From Pecten maximus (taxonomy: Eukaryota): a stretch of DNA of 64,000 nt. The stretch is from the NCBI RefSeq assembly GCF_902652985.1, contig NC_047016.1:38502001-38566000 (forward strand), read 5' to 3'. This document shows, piece after piece, positions 1 through 14,618 of this stretch; position 1 is the stretch's first letter; every line of letters starts with the position of its first letter. Under the pieces are notes generated by a model. That model made no database searches and was not told where the DNA came from. It saw nothing but the letters and a program-made list of their open reading frames with translations. Both the position numbers and the translations under genes were made by a program.

Positions 1-1590
1 AAGCTATAATGGTATCCGTTCGTATTTAGCATTGTGTTCACATAATGTAACTAACTGAATCATGATTCAATGACGTCAATTAAAATTTCAATTTATAAAG
101 TCTGGATTTTGATTTGATTCCCTATTTTTGAATCTATTTCCAGTTTTGTTGAAACATATATTTCATTAATGGATAGGTCTACTCCAATGTTCTAGACTAA
201 ATGGTTCAAATATATTGATATACTTCTCGGGATAATATTTTGTCCCATACTACTTAATATCAATATTTAATTCTACATACGCCTTAACAATGGCACAGAT
301 TTGATAATTTAGTGTCACAACTTCAGTCTTGGTTGAGTGTGCAGCCATGCCAATTTTATCTTGCACTCAATATATATACATCTTCATTCAGATGACAATA
401 GTATAATATGTGTTTCTGCAGTAGATATTTATATACAGTAGCTGCCAGTCCCTCCTATATTGAGGTCTCTGTTACTTTAAACAATGTGTTTCAAACTCCC
501 AACCTGCAATGCAAACCCCAATAAGCTTTGTGCCACAATACAATGGAAAATTGCATTGTACGTGTCTTAAATATTATTGTTTTCTATCTTAATAAAAAGA
601 GAATGTAAAAAAAATAATCTTAGCAAAATATTCTAATGTTATTTGATTTCTTACATACAAGGCATCTCAACCATTCGATATAATTTACTTCCAATCATGC
701 AGGAGTTTTTCAGAATTGAAACGTATTGGGGACATACATAAACAGTAACACTTAAACAGCTTATCATTCAGCAAAGTTCAAAAGGACATTATTTAATGCA
801 AAGGAATTATTCACTCCTAATAATTTAAGATAAAATGATTGCCTATACCCCCCCCCCCCCCCCCCCCCTTTCCATAGGTATACAACTGACATGACCCACG
901 TGTAGACCATCACAAAACACCATCATAGAAGCACGTTGTGAGGGCTAGTCATCACAGCGAGAGATATAGTGATATTAAGTAATGTTTATTTGTTCATCAA
1001 CAGGCCTGACTACTTTCAAAAACTCGTTTTTTAAGGATCTACAAGTCAATTTCTTTTGCTCTACCATATCGCCATTCTCACCGTGGTCACAGCGGAAGTG
1101 AAAAGACCGATCCGAGCGGGGTTCACACGACATCCGGCATGGGGATCAGAAAAGTAAATCACGAATGGAAGCGGTCAGATAAAATCCGGAATGTGATAGC
1201 CGTTGTGTATGGCCAGAGACTTGTATATCAGGGGTGGTTGGTAAATGCAATGTGATTAAAATTGAATACAAAGATATATAAAGACAGCTATGTAAAATAT
1301 GTTGTTGTGGATGTATTTCTATGGTATTATGGTTTAATTTGTGTATCATTATTACAAAATTGTACGAGTTGCTTCCCCTCGTCAAGCAATGGTAACCAGT
1401 TGTTAGATCTACCTCGCAGCTACATCCCAGGTTCAAAAGACTTTAGTATATCTTTTTAATTTCGACAAAATACAGTTTTAAATTAATACAAGGCGAAATG
1501 ATGGTAAATTGGAAACTATATATGTGAAGAAAATGTCGTTAGCATAGTCTGGAAACCGTCCCTTTGCACCAACTCCACATAATAGTATAC

Positions 1591-1628
1591 CAGAGACCTA
1601 TACTATACTAAATTGATATAGGTCTCTG
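1591..1628. mobile_element. 38-bp foldback mini-element with CAGAGAC termini and 7-bp TSD
   Basis: 12-bp arms CAGAGACCTATA / TATAGGTCTCTG; AGTATAC on both flanks (1584-1590, 1629-1635). Confidence 0.65.
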
Positions 1629-1635
1629 AGTATAC

Positions 1636-1796
1636 CAAAGGCGTTTGAAATTCTTACAGTAAATTGAGATATGCTTGACTGTCATACCTGAATAGGTATA
1701 TACTAGTCTGTTACTCAATAAAGTACGCAATACCCTTGATTTTTATCCGATACATACATTTATCTCAATTTACTGTCAGAGTTTCAAACCCCTGTG
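1636..1796. mobile_element. MITE with ~36-bp imperfect TIRs (CA...TG termini)
   Basis: CAAAGGCGTTTGAAATTCTTACAGTAAATTGAGATA at the left end versus CACAGGGGTTTGAAACTCTGACAGTAAATTGAGATA as the reverse complement of the right end. Confidence 0.6.
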
Positions 1797-2483
1797 ATTA
1801 TAGATTTGTTTATATTGATTTATATAATTTCTCACAAGCAACCATTTAGGTCATTACTGCTGATTTATACGATTTTTTTACCAATATCCGGGTAAGGGAA
1901 AAGAGCAGTTTCGAATACTTCAAAAATTACATATTTTCCATTTAGTGTCAAATCCATGGTTGCCTTTCCCCCGTAATATAGAACTGAAAAGCACCTACGA
2001 TGGAATATTGTTACAAAAATGCGCATTGACTTTACACACATGTACATGTAAATTATTACAGTATTGTTTGATGGTTTGAATAACTAATACTATCAATACA
2101 ATCATTCTTGTTTGTTTTGACGTCAAGATATGTTTGCGAAACATATCGTCTGCTAATGCAGTAAAGTGCTTTATTCCAAGTAGGCATCCATTATCGATAT
2201 TTGTATTGTTTGAAATCCACATCGTAAGTTCAAACTAACATCTCAATCAATACCTTTATAAAGGGTTTATTTTACGACTCATTTGTTTGGTTATGGAACT
2301 CTTTATCTCATGATTAACACAGAATACAAACGACATCGTCACACAGAGAATAGACGGTTATCAGTGACCCGTCACGTGATAGTTTTGGTGGCACATTTGA
2401 ACGCTCTCACGTGGTAGTATTTTATTTGGTGACACATGCATTGGAACGCGCTCGTTGTTGTTCAAAATTTGATGTGCAAACAT

Positions 2484-2641
2484 TTGTTTGTTGCGTTTAC
2501 CGCCTTTTGGTCACTTCGAGGCTATCCTTGTAGTAGTTGGTGGCCACCTCGCTGAACAACATACAGGAGGCTCGTCGCATGTCTAAGCTTAGGGATACGT
2601 ATGTAGGCCAACGCTCTAACCGAGCGAGTTATCGTGGCCCG
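2484..2641 (-). mobile_element. Degenerate tRNA-derived SINE (B box lost)
   Basis: Minus strand begins GGGCCACGATAACTCGCTCGGTTAGAGCG (tRNA-like head with A box) and ends ...GGCGGTAAACGCAACAAACAAA (simple-repeat tail). Confidence 0.45.
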
Positions 2642-3739
2642 ATGTTAATGTTGATGTTGCAGGTTTAAATTCTCGATTTTGGTTACAACCTCTACTCACG
2701 ACTTCAGGTTTGAACATAAGTCCAGGTGTACTGTTAGCTGGTGTCTGTAGGCGTTGCCCTCCTCCTCCTTTCCCAACACAGGCTTGAGATAGGCGCTGTG
2801 TCGGAGTTATCGCTGCCCTTGGTACTAGTATTATATTTATATAAAGAGAGCGTCGGCTATTTCCTAATAATTCTTAAAAGAGTGCCTTATATAAACATGA
2901 AGCACTTTGTGTTAATATTGATGACTGGATGACTAATGTCAGTGTGGATTAGATAACTCACAACACACCGGAGTCACGAACCACACTGCCGGTAATTGAA
3001 GTCTATTTAACAACACTCTGGCGTATGGACGTATACCAAAAACTTTACACGATTCCAATATCTGAAGTACTCAAGGAACTTCATAAAAATGTTTACAATC
3101 GTATTAAGTTATTGAGTCACCTCACCGTGAATTTTACAGATGCTATAAGATTTCTGTGCTTTTTACCTACCAATTTATAAACGGTAAACATCATCGTGAC
3201 AGTAGTTAGTAAATGATGATTTGAATACAGTTAGTAAATGCGAAAATGCAACACATAGAAAAATTAAAAAAGCACTTTTTTCGAGGCTAAAAACAATATT
3301 TTACTTGAATAACACTTTTTTTTCGCTTTTTCCAACAGAGGAAAATAAATAAACAAATATATATAAATACACATAAATAAAATAAATAAATAAATGAATA
3401 AATAAATAAACAAATATGGCCCTTATCAGCCATCATACATTATACCTCTCCGTAGCGGGATACAGCAGCTTTATGCTTGGGTACTGCCAATTTCCTAAGG
3501 AAACAACCCAACCCCAAATTATGCAGGTTAAGAAACAACCAATCACGCAGTATTACCAAGACAGTTTATTTCTTCTCAGAGTCAACACGGATTGCTTAAT
3601 TTCAGATTTGTTCTTTTGGTAACAGCAATATAACATTTATAAAAAAAACGTCATCATTCTGATGTTACAACAATAATTATAAATCTATAACAAATTAACC
3701 TTCCATAGTCTAGGGAAGAGGAGAAGATTCTCGCAACAG

Positions 3740-4002
3740 AAAAGTAAGAAAAAATACCTTTACTAAACTACTACAAAAACATTATTGTCCCTGTAAAATA
3801 GATGTTGTGACTTCCTGTTTAAATATCTATACTTGGCTAGCAAAAGACAAAATTGATTAGTGTAGATAATTTTATATCGAACAATTTTCATGTACATGTA
3901 TGTAACACTCGCCTGTACACATCTGTAATTGTTTAATGTTATATATATTGTATACCTATAGGCCCTAGGGATTTTGGTAAATAAAGAACTTGAACTTGAA
4001 CT
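3740..4002 (+). mobile_element. Probable 3' end of a truncated LINE/SINE
   Basis: AATAAA immediately followed by a (GAACTT)n tail at ~3980-4002. Left boundary is uncertain. Confidence 0.3.
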
Positions 4003-4835
4003 GTTATTCGTTCGGGATACAGTGGTTTTGCACTGATCGACCCAACGCTGACAACAAAGGAATCCCGAAGCGTGCATATTTATTACAACAATCCAATTTC
4101 TTTTGTTTTTTCCAACTCTCCTCTTTTTAAATATATACAAATCAAACCGTGATTTGATGAAAATATATCATATTGCTACAATGTAATTTTTGGAAGAATG
4201 CGTTTATAAGTTGTGATAACTTGTGCCTAATCCAATTTGTTAGTCGACTACAGCAGCTTTCGAGCACACCAAAACCCAGTAAGCTCTCTAGCTTGAGATC
4301 TTCCACAGGTCTGACAGTCTATCCAATGGAATATGGACTTTCACGTATAGGTATTAGCGTCGAAAATGCATTGTGACCGAATTATACGTGTCGGCGACAA
4401 TAAGCATAAATGAAGATGAAAATGAGTTAACCGATAAATTGTTATTTGAATGCGTTTACCGTAGCCCTAATACTTCAGGCGAGAATAACATGTTGATAAA
4501 CAATCGGTAATGTTGATGATACTCCTTTACTAATCACGGGTGACTTTCAGACGAAATAAATCAATGTCTGATTTAGTAATTCTCTATCTACATATGAAAA
4601 CGAATTTCTTGGAATCGGTGCCGGATAATTTTGTATTTCAACAACATCTTACACAACAAAAGCGGCTTCGAACTAATGACGAACCATCAGGTTTAGGACT
4701 GATCGGGCAGTGAACATTATAACACTATCACTCAAAGGCTCAAAGCGGTTGGTTGAAGTCTTTATTCTTTTGTTCGTTCATATCTATGAAAGTTCAGTCT
4801 CTGTACGTGTGTCCCTCTACGTACGTCAGGGTTTC

Positions 4836-5161
4836 AATCTAAAGTCCCAGTCTAAAGTCCCAATCTAAAGTACCAATCTAAATTTCCAATCTAAAGTCCC
4901 AATCTAAAGTCCCAATCTAAAGTCTGAGTCTAAAGTCCCAATCTAAAGTCCCAATCTAAAGTCTCAATCTAAAGTCCCAATCTAAAGTCCCAATCTAAAG
5001 TCTCAATCTAAAGTCCCAATCTAAAGCCCCAATCTAAAGTCTCAATCTAAAGTCTCAATCTAAAGTCCCAATCTTAAGTCCCAATCTAAAGTCCCAATCT
5101 AAAGTCCCAATCTAATGTCCCAATCTAAAGTCCCAATCTAAAGTCCCAATCTAAAGTCCCC
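4836..5161. repeat. 13-bp minisatellite (AATCTAAAGTCCC)n, ~25 copies
   Basis: Direct tandem repeat read from the sequence. Confidence 0.95.
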
Positions 5162-6065
5162 CTCTACTGTAGGTTACCGTGCTTATATATTTGTTTGTAA
5201 ACCCAAATTCGTGACATATATAATCTTTCGGTCCTTATTGTTATATATATATCTTAAATTGCTGGACATGCCTGGTGGCCAGTTATATTGTATTTATATA
5301 GCCCCCAGATCATTACTCTGCCATTAAACTATCACCATCAATTTCAATCCCCGGATATAGTCATTAATTGCGTATAAATAATTCTCCACCCAGCAAAAAA
5401 CTATGCATAGGAGAATCGTTTTCATAAGTCAGATTTATATCAAGTAAATCCCCGAACACTTATTTAAATGTCCTGATCTTATCTGATTTCACAAGTCATT
5501 TTGTAACAACATTTTGTTGTTGCAATATCGAGAACTTGAGACAAACATAAACCAGCGAATAAAGACGAACCACATTACAGTAGTAACATCCACTCAATCA
5601 GGCAGCGGTTCAGATATTACCGCAAAACGGTACGAAATTGTACGAAAACACGCCGTGAACCTTGACAGATACAAGGAAGTTATTAACCAACCTTGTTATA
5701 AAATCATTATACCTCAGAGAGAAAGACATAGCTCATAAAAGCGACACTTTTTGGAAATACAAGCGAGAGAAAGAAGAAAAAATGTGCACGACGGAATAAA
5801 AACCATTGACCAGGAAAAGGCCGATATCCTGTTCACACAGGGAAATCAGAGACACCAGCCAGTGTGTCCTCTCAAACGCTTGGACCACATGAATATACAA
5901 ATTACCGAGAAGGAAATAGTATACGCAGTAAAAACAATAGGCTGTTCCAAATATCCAAACATCCACTCCGAATCTGCTGGAAGTAACTTTAAACGAGTTG
6001 CAGACGCCACTACATCTTACCTTAAACAAGTCACTGGAAGAAGAGTGGTCAACAGGGAACTTGTA

Positions 6066-6249
6066 CAGTCTTTGTGTATTTTGACCAGTGACCATGTATA
6101 GTACATTTTCAGACATTTTGGGGATCTATATTAAAATTATGTAAAAATGACACCGGGGGTGTAATTTTCACCCGATTCTAATCTATACCCCCAAAATGTC
6201 TGAAAATCTGCTATACGTAACAGGGAAAGGTTCAGATACACGTAGACTG
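6066..6249. mobile_element. Tc1/mariner-type foldback MITE with TA TSD
   Basis: TA|CAGTCTTTGTGTATTTTGACC ... GGTTCAGATACACGTAGACTG|TA; internal inverted pair ATTTTCAGACATTTTGGGG / CCCCAAAATGTCTGAAAAT. Confidence 0.65.
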
Positions 6250-6994
6250 TAAAAAAAAATATATCAGGTCCCTTTAGTCATTATTATGCTATATATCAGA
6301 ACAGAAAAAAACAGGAGTGTATTCATTAACATTAAATCAGTCTAAGGTCTGTTAGGGATAGTCCTACATACGATCATCAATGATCGAGTGTTTGACCATA
6401 CGAAAAAGAACAATTAACTCCTGGAAATGGAATCATTATATAAGAGAAATCAGGCAGACGTTATCTAGAATTAAGTAAAGCTTTTGACAGTATTCTGCAC
6501 AGATTTTTTGTTTTTGAGAAAGTAAAAGGTTTTGGCATGAGTGGCGACACAGGACATTGGACTCATGACCTTCGTCACATCATGGAACAATGTGTGGTGA
6601 ATTGGGCCCAGTTTTGTTTCTTATCTATATAAACGACCTTCCGGACATAGTAACATGTTTATATTGTTCTCGGGTGACGTCAAGAGATGTGGGGAATAAT
6701 CTGCAGTATTGACTCTGTGTAGGAAAATCTCAACAAATACATCGATACGTGACAATTGTTACTTAACAGACAAATGTTAATGTATGCATATCCAGTTTGG
6801 GTATAGTCCTTAAGACCACGGCTACTCACTTCCAGAAAACGACACTAGTGCAGAACACTTCAAAAGGGATGGCAATTAAAGTATCTTGTCAGATTGAGGT
6901 GTCCACCCTATAGACGATTGAGTAATGTTTGTAGGTGACTGATACCTACCTGTGCACGCCTTTGTTCTCGCCGGTAAATTGTGAACAGCCTATT

Positions 6995-7760
6995 GCTGTT
7001 TGTTGTTGCCTACTGTGGGTGGGTCATTGGAGTTTGTTGCCACCTGGGGTGGGTCATTGGGGTTTGTTGTTGCCACCTGGGGTGGGTCATTGGGGTTTGT
7101 TGTTGCCACCTGGGGTGGGTCATTGGGGTTTGTTGTTGCCACCTGGGGTGGGTCATTGGAGTTTGTTGTTGCCACCTGGGGTGGGTCATTGGGGTTTGTT
7201 GTTGCCACCTGGGGTGGGTCATTGGTGTTTGTTGTTGCCACCTGGGGTGGGTCATTGGGGTTTGTTGTTGCCACCTGGGGTGGGTCATTGTAGTTTGTTG
7301 CTGCCACCTAGGGTGGGTCATTGGTGTTTGTTGCTGCCACCTAGGGTGGGTCATTGGGGTTTGTTGTTGCCACCTGGGGTGGGTCATTGGAGTTTGTTGT
7401 TGCCACCTGGGGTGGGTCATTGGTGTTTGTTGTTGCCTACTGTGGGTGGGTCATTGGGGTTTGTTGTTGCCACCTGGGGTTGGTCATTGGTGTTTGTTGT
7501 TGCCACCTGGGGTGGGTCATTGGTGTTTGTTGTTGCCACCTGGGGTGGGTCATTGGTGTTTTTTGTTGCTTACTGTGGGTGGGTCATTGGTGTTTTTTGT
7601 TGCTTACTGTGGGTGGGTCATTTGTGTTTTTGTCGCCGCCTGAGGTGGGTCATTTGTGTTTGTTGTTGCCACCTGGGGTGGGTCATTGTTTTTTGTTGTT
7701 GCCACCTGAGGTGGGTCATTGGTGTTTTTTGTTGCCACCTGTGGGTGGGTCGTTGTAGTT
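6995..7760. repeat. 33-bp G-rich minisatellite (CCACCTGGGGTGGGTCATTGGGGTTTGTTGTTG)n, ~23 copies
   Basis: Direct tandem repeat; explains the 11-aa periodic ORFs in several frames. Confidence 0.95.
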
Positions 7761-9888
7761 TGTACCTACTACATACCTGTCTTTGTGGATATAGGTGATT
7801 CAATCTTACTTATACAAGCTTTTATGTGAAATTCACTTCCATATTAAAAATGAGGAGACTTATTAAATCAACCCTTTTACAGTTTCTTTTTAAGATGATA
7901 TATTGGGTAGTGTTAGACGTTCCAGCACTTCCACTACTCCTTATAAAGGGTCTTGTTAAAATATTGTCCTTTGTTGAGGTCAACAAATTGCATTCGTCGT
8001 GTCAATTGAATATTCTATACATAACACATTACATGTTCACCTTAAAGTAAAAAGTATATAAAGTTATGTTTTTATAAGATAATCGATTACTTGTTTTCCA
8101 ATTAAATGCAAAAATATATCAATGCTTACGTTTTTATATAAAAATCGAATTATTGATTTTCAGAATACAGTATATACGGAATATATTTTAAACATATATT
8201 TCTTAATACCGAAACTGTTTTTTTTTTATTAAAGGCACAATTCCCTCCATTAAAAAAAATTAATTTACATTGTATGTGAATAATTCACGGATTTGAGGAT
8301 ATCGGCAATGGTGACGAAGTAATTAAATGTAACCTACATGGTTGGATGCCCATCATCTCTTTGGGTTTTACAGTTCTGTGCCTGTGATGATATCGGAGTC
8401 ATCGTTTATAGATTTGTATGGTGTACACAATCAAATTAACATGCGTATACTTGAAGCCAAGTTACTCATCTCATATAGATGTTATCTCTGTATGAGTGTA
8501 TATGAATATGCTATATTTAGAGTGTATTGGTTATGTCAAAAACATAGATATACCTGAGAATGTAAAGGACTATTTTTTTTATTTTTCTCACGATTGGATA
8601 TCATACGTGTGCACAATATATGATTTCCACCTTCGATGTCAGACAAATATATGTGTATATATATGTGTGTGTGAATTTATATATCTATTTTCACCCGCAT
8701 CAATAATCGCACACTTGGTCGCCGGTATTTACACAGAAAACGATGACGTAACCAAACCGGCTTTTCCGGATTGACAGACAGCTGTTGCTTCGTTGTATAT
8801 TATGAAGAGGAAGAGAAGAAACTATTTCCCGCGGCGTATTCTGCATGCAAATGTGTTTATTGATTTTGAAATATCATTTTATTATGAACAAACATTTAAA
8901 AACCAGTGTTCATCAAAGAAAGATATATTGTGTACCACCAGTTTGATTTTGTTTAATTTGTATTTTTTACAGGCCGAATGAGTTGGTGCGCGTAAAAAGA
9001 TATGTTTAGGATATATAACTACATACATCGTTTATTTACAAACATTTTTGAAAAAAAAAAAAAAATGTAATAAAATCGTGATAATTCATTATTAATATCT
9101 AATTTACTAATTGCATTTGGCAAAAATGATAAAGAGCCGATGAGGTTGTTCTGACGTCATGTTGCCATAACGCCGCTACCATTTGGATAGCATTTTATCA
9201 ATTGTAATACAAAGAAAAAAACCAAAAAAAAACTACATATAATCCAGCGCTAGAACGGAGTAATGATGATGATTAGAACAATGCATTCACATCGTTAGTG
9301 GCTACATCACTCAGACACAGTAATATAAATCGACTAGAATACAGTACGTAATGGAATGATTAACAGCATTTATGTTACCATGGTAACATGAGTAAATACA
9401 TATGACAAAGACAGTATATGTATTATCACACTTTCTCTCACTGTGAATACGACATGAAAGCTGGGATGTAAGTCAACGACATTTAAATTTCACACTCTCT
9501 CATCATTGTTAGCTTACATAGGATAGTTCTGGTTTCTAAACGATTATGTTTTTGAATACATAACTTATAGCATTATAGATTATAGGTCACTAGGTCGATT
9601 GGATTAACGTCGTATATAATGGCGTGGTCCTATGAACGGGCTACCAACGCTCAATACCTCTTGATCTTCAACTCTGTAAAACCAACAGATTGGTACGCAT
9701 GATCTACATTCAGTGTACGGGTTCATGTAGTAGTGAGCGTCACTCCAGCAGGCACGGTCCTCCAGGCCACCAGTTTTAAGGTTAGTATTGCAGGTTATTT
9801 TTCATTATTTTCATTTTCAGCCATGCGTGCCTTTTGTGTAAACGAATCTGCATATGTAGTACATAAATTTTCATGTCATGGTATCATC

Positions 9889-9974
9889 TAGCCCGAGTTT
9901 TCTCTGGTCCTGACACCATGTCTGGTGTAGCCTACACCAGACATGGTGTCAGGGCCAGAGGAAACTCGGGACTA
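9889..9974. mobile_element. 86-bp foldback mini-element, TAG...CTA termini, 9-bp TSD with 1 mismatch
   Basis: Near-perfect hairpin centred at 9931; flanks GGTATCATC (9880-9888) and GGTAGCATC (9975-9983). Confidence 0.65.
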
Positions 9975-12274
9975 GGTAGCATCATATTCCAACAATGACC
10001 ATTAAATGTCATCATGCAAATCGCAGGTGTCTATTTATAAAACTTCTGTGATATATACATCTCATACATTTTACTTAACTTAAGTTTCCTCTGGTTTTGA
10101 AACCAGGCACCTGACAGTGATGTAAGACCAGAGTGCATTAGTATATGAAAACGTACATGTAGAATCTTCGTTTATACCGTTAGATGTCGCTGAAGATTTT
10201 GGTTCAGATAAATAAGAATGTCCTAGGCTGGTGTTAAGGCCTGAGGAAATTCGGCTTAATGTTTGACCTATTAGATCGGTAGTCGACAACCATCACTGCG
10301 GTCACTGTGATGATCGCGAGATCGGTAAGGCAGGTAAAAATATGGCCGACCAACTCAGGTATGCGGTGTCTTCTTGCCCTTGGCTTTATTCTCAACACAA
10401 GTTCAATTGAATAGACAACCACTACACAGAACTCCCCCCCCCCCCCCCCCCCCCCCCAATCCAAAGAAAAAAACAGTCAATATTTTAAATGTACACGTGG
10501 TTGTGTAATACATGTGTAGTACTTTAAGTCGAGTTAGTGCTTGACTGGGTTAAGTTAAAAGCTATACATAGGCTTTGGAGCAATAGCACACTTAATTATG
10601 AGACTCTGTGTGGATCAATACATGTATGTCCTTTGGTAATTACTACCTGCTATCAGTACAATCGAGTACGGTGTCCAGCCTTGTATTTTGAACCTATAGT
10701 TTAATGTATATTTCATGAGGTACACAGGTTTCGTAGCGATATACACGCTACCTTGCCATTTTCAACTGGAAAAGAACTAACATCTTAGACTTCTCATTTC
10801 TTCATCTATAATAGCACCAATGAACGTAGCGGAGGACTTATAGAAGTTGTGTGTATAAGAGGTGTAGTTTTTTTTTTGTCCTACCTCTGAGGTCGAGACA
10901 CGCATTACAAAACAGACCCGTACTCCGACACTGAGAAACACAATGTACCCCGAGAGCGAAAACTATGTGTACTTCGTGTCAATAGCGAGTCGAGGTAAAC
11001 TTAACGCTTTAAAACTCCTCAATACGTGCACGCCTCACCCTAAATTAGATTATACATTTTGTATATAAGTCTGGTGGGCTTTTCAGTCTTCAAGCGTAAC
11101 CCTGCTTGTCAAGTTACGTATTAATTCATTTGAATAGTGACACGGTTCAGAAAATATACACAAGTACTCCGGGTTGTTTGGCCGCCTCCTATGATAATTA
11201 CATCCGGACTTTAGGTCATTTAGGAAAAGACATGTGGGTTTATATTAGATTCTGGCCGCCAACTTACCATAAGTCAAATTTCGGATTGACAGGTTTACAA
11301 TCCCTCCACTCACAAGAAATAACGGTCTAACATCTTTTTATAAACATACTTATGCTGTAACAAACGCTTTAGCTTTAAAAAAACAATGGTAAAAAAAAAT
11401 AGAGAGAGAAAAAGGAAGGACAAAAATCAAACTACTGAAGTGACAATAATCAATCTCTCTTGGTTATTTATTTATTTTTTATTATTATTGTTATTTTTTT
11501 AAATTTTATTTTTTTATTTTATTATTATTATTTTTTAAACACTTAATTATGGCTGAGAGGGACTATGATTAAATAGCGCGATACCGATCTTAATGGTATA
11601 TGTTAAAAGTCTGTTAAGAGACTGAAAAACATGAAAAAATACAAAATTACTTTTTTTAAATCTGATATTTGAGACAAAATGTTTATCTTTTGTTAAAAAT
11701 GCGTCTGTAATATCAGTATTGTTTATGTTCATAGTTTAGAGGTTATTCGACACTTCGTTAAGTGGAACATTTATATTCATAGGAAAACATTCACGAACAA
11801 TTGTGAATGTGAAATATTGCTTTTCTAATGTAACACAACTAGGTAATAACTCTGGAGTGCAGGTTTCCATGCCATTAAGGCGTTATCATGCAGGAAACAT
11901 TTGTATTGCGATATAATTTCCAACGTAACATTCAAAATCCATACGATAATGAGATTTAAATTTGTTAAAATTTTGTTAGTGATGGTACTTATAGAATTTA
12001 ATATACAATAATAATGTAATCAATTAATGTCACTAGAAATTGTAAACACTAAATTTGATTCAACGACATACCTTCGTTATTAAACCATCTAAAACAAATG
12101 GCATTGTGATTCAGACATGAATAATGATAGAAAATAGCTCTAAAATAAAAAGCGAAACATTATAGAACATAATTATAAAACAAAACTGATCAGATGTTGA
12201 AATGAGGTATATACTATTCTATCTAACAGACAGATGGTGGTATTTGACACTTCATATTTCTATAAGAATTGTAG

Positions 12275-13960
12275 CTATAATCTCGAATCGCTGTGACTAC
12301 AATCCCGAGGTTTTGTGACTACAATCTCGAGGTTTTGTGACTACGATCTCGAGGTTTTGTAACACAATCTCGAGACGTTACTACTACGATCTCGAGGTTT
12401 TGTGACTACGATCCCGAGGTTTTGTGACTACGATACCGAGGTTTTGTGACTACGATCTCGAGGTTTTGTAACACAATCTCGAGACGTTACTACTACGATC
12501 TCGAGGTTTTGTGACTACGATCTCGGGGTTTTGTGACTACAATCTCGAGGTTTTGTGACTACAATCTCGAGGTTTTGTGACTACAATCTCGAGCTTTTGT
12601 AACAACGACCTCGAGCTTTTGTAACACAATCTCGAGACGTTACTACTACGATCTCGAGGTTTTGTGACTACGATCTCGAGGTTTTGTGACTACGATCTCG
12701 GGGTTTTGTGACTACAATCTCGAGGTTTTGTGACTACGATCTCGGGGTTTTGTGACTACGATCTCGAGGTTTTGTGACTACAATCTCGAGGTTTTGTGAC
12801 TACGATCTCGGGGTTTTGTGACTACAATCTCGAGGTTTTGTAACAACAATCTCGAAGTTTTGTAACAACAATCTCGAAGTTTTGTGACTACGATCTCGAG
12901 GTTTTGTGACTACGATCTCGAGGTTTTGTGACTACGATCTCGGGGTTTTGTGACTACAATCTCGAGGTTTTGTGACTACAATCTCGAGGTTTTGTGACTA
13001 CAATCTCGAGGTTTTGTGACTACAATCTCGAGGTTTTGTGACTACAATCTCGAGCTTTTGTAACAACGACCTCGAGCTTTTGTAACACAATCTCGAGACG
13101 TTACTACTACGATCTCGAGGTTTTGTGACTACGATCTCGAGGTTTTGTAACAAAGATCTCGAGGTTTTGTAACAACAATCTCGAAGTTTTGTGACTACAA
13201 TCTCGAGGTTTCGTGACTACAATCTCGAGGTTTTGTAACACAATCTCGAGGCGTTATCACTACAATCTCGAGACGTTTCCACTGCAATCTCGAGGTTTCG
13301 TGACTACAATCTCGAGACGTTACCACTACAATCTCGAGGTTTCGTGACTACAATCTCGAGGTTTTGTAACACAATCTCGAGGCGTTACCACTGCAATCTC
13401 GAGTAGTTGAATCTACAATCTCGAGGTGTTTTGACTATAATCTCGTGGAGTTGTGACTACACTCTCGAGGTATTGTGACTAAAATTTCGAGGTATTGCGA
13501 CTAAAATCATCTCGCGGAGCTGTGACTACGATCTCGAGGTTTTGTGACTACGATCTCGAGGTTTTGTGACTACAATCTCAAGGTTTTGTAACACAATCTC
13601 GAGGCGTTATCACTACAATCTCGAGGTTTTGTAACACAATCTCGAGGCGTTATCACTACAATCTCGAGGTTTTGTAACACAATCTCGAGGCGTTATCACT
13701 ACAATCTCAAGGTTTCGTGACTACAATCTCGAGGTTTTGTGACTACAATCTCGAGGTTTTGTAACACAATCTCGAGGCGTTATCACTACAATCTCGAGGT
13801 TTTGTAACACAATCTCGAGGCGTAATCACTACAATCTCGAGGTTTCGTGACTACAATCTCGAGACGTTTCCACTACAATCTCGAGGTTTTGTAACACAGT
13901 CTCGAGACGTTACCACTACAATCTCGAGGTTTCGTGACTACAATCTAGAGGAGTTTTGAC
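12275..13960. repeat. 22-bp minisatellite (GACTACAATCTCGAGGTTTTGT)n, ~75 copies with variant blocks
   Basis: Direct tandem repeat with a central CTCGAG palindrome in most units. Confidence 0.95.
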
Positions 13961-14618
13961 TGCCTACTGTATCTGTAATATGTTCTTAATTGCGCGCTAT
14001 CAGAACCCTTCTGGACAATAAGTTAACTTTGTAGCTCGCAAACTATCTTTCCGGAATACATTTCTGTCTGTGGGCGCTGAAACTGTGCTAGTCTTCGTCG
14101 GGGCAAAATCATTACCCATTGTCATGTTGTATTTACTTCACGCAACTTAACTTCAAAGCCATTGTGCCTAATTATTGTTCCATAATGAAAATGAATTAAA
14201 TTAATCGTTGTTACATTCAGGCCCTCAGGGAATTCGTGCTTCGCTCAGTATATTCTAGCGATGAACTGACCGAAACCCAATTATAGCTTCATCGACCTTC
14301 AATTCCCATGTCACTCATGCTATTCTGCTTACGCCATATTGATACCATCTCTCACACATAGAGGTGTATACACAAAACTATTTCTTTGATATGATATGAA
14401 TGTGTATATATACACGTATATATGTAATTTTTTTATACCAACATGTACTGTAGTCGTCTGTTTGTTTACCTACTGGTGCACCAGTAACAACGTGTTTACT
14501 CCTCCTCGCCTACTTATTATTCCCCTCTCTACATATATATCGGATCCAAACAGCCACCATAACTTTCATTAGAATTATCATACTTTTCGTTTTAACATAC
14601 TCCCTGCTCACCATAATC

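Larger units (their letters stand above)
4380..6830 (+). pseudogene. Highly decayed CR1-like LINE ORF2 (endonuclease + reverse transcriptase relics), interrupted by a satellite and a MITE
   Basis: Motif remnants in the expected order: YRSPN and GDF (endonuclease, ~4455-4550), DQEKADIL..ITEKEI (5751 ORF), LSKAFDSILH (~6470), PVLFLIYINDLPD (~6610), LFSGDVK (decayed FADD, ~6665). Many stops and frameshifts. Confidence 0.7.

Noticed and set aside
5751-6101. 116-aa ORF as a host gene
   Set aside because: Matches the linker region of the decayed CR1-like ORF2 and runs into a MITE.
6935-7803. Long periodic ORFs (PPGVGHWGLLL, PPQVATTNPND, MTHPRWQQQTP)
   Set aside because: By-products of a stop-free 33-bp minisatellite open in several frames on both strands; no unique coding flanks or splice context.
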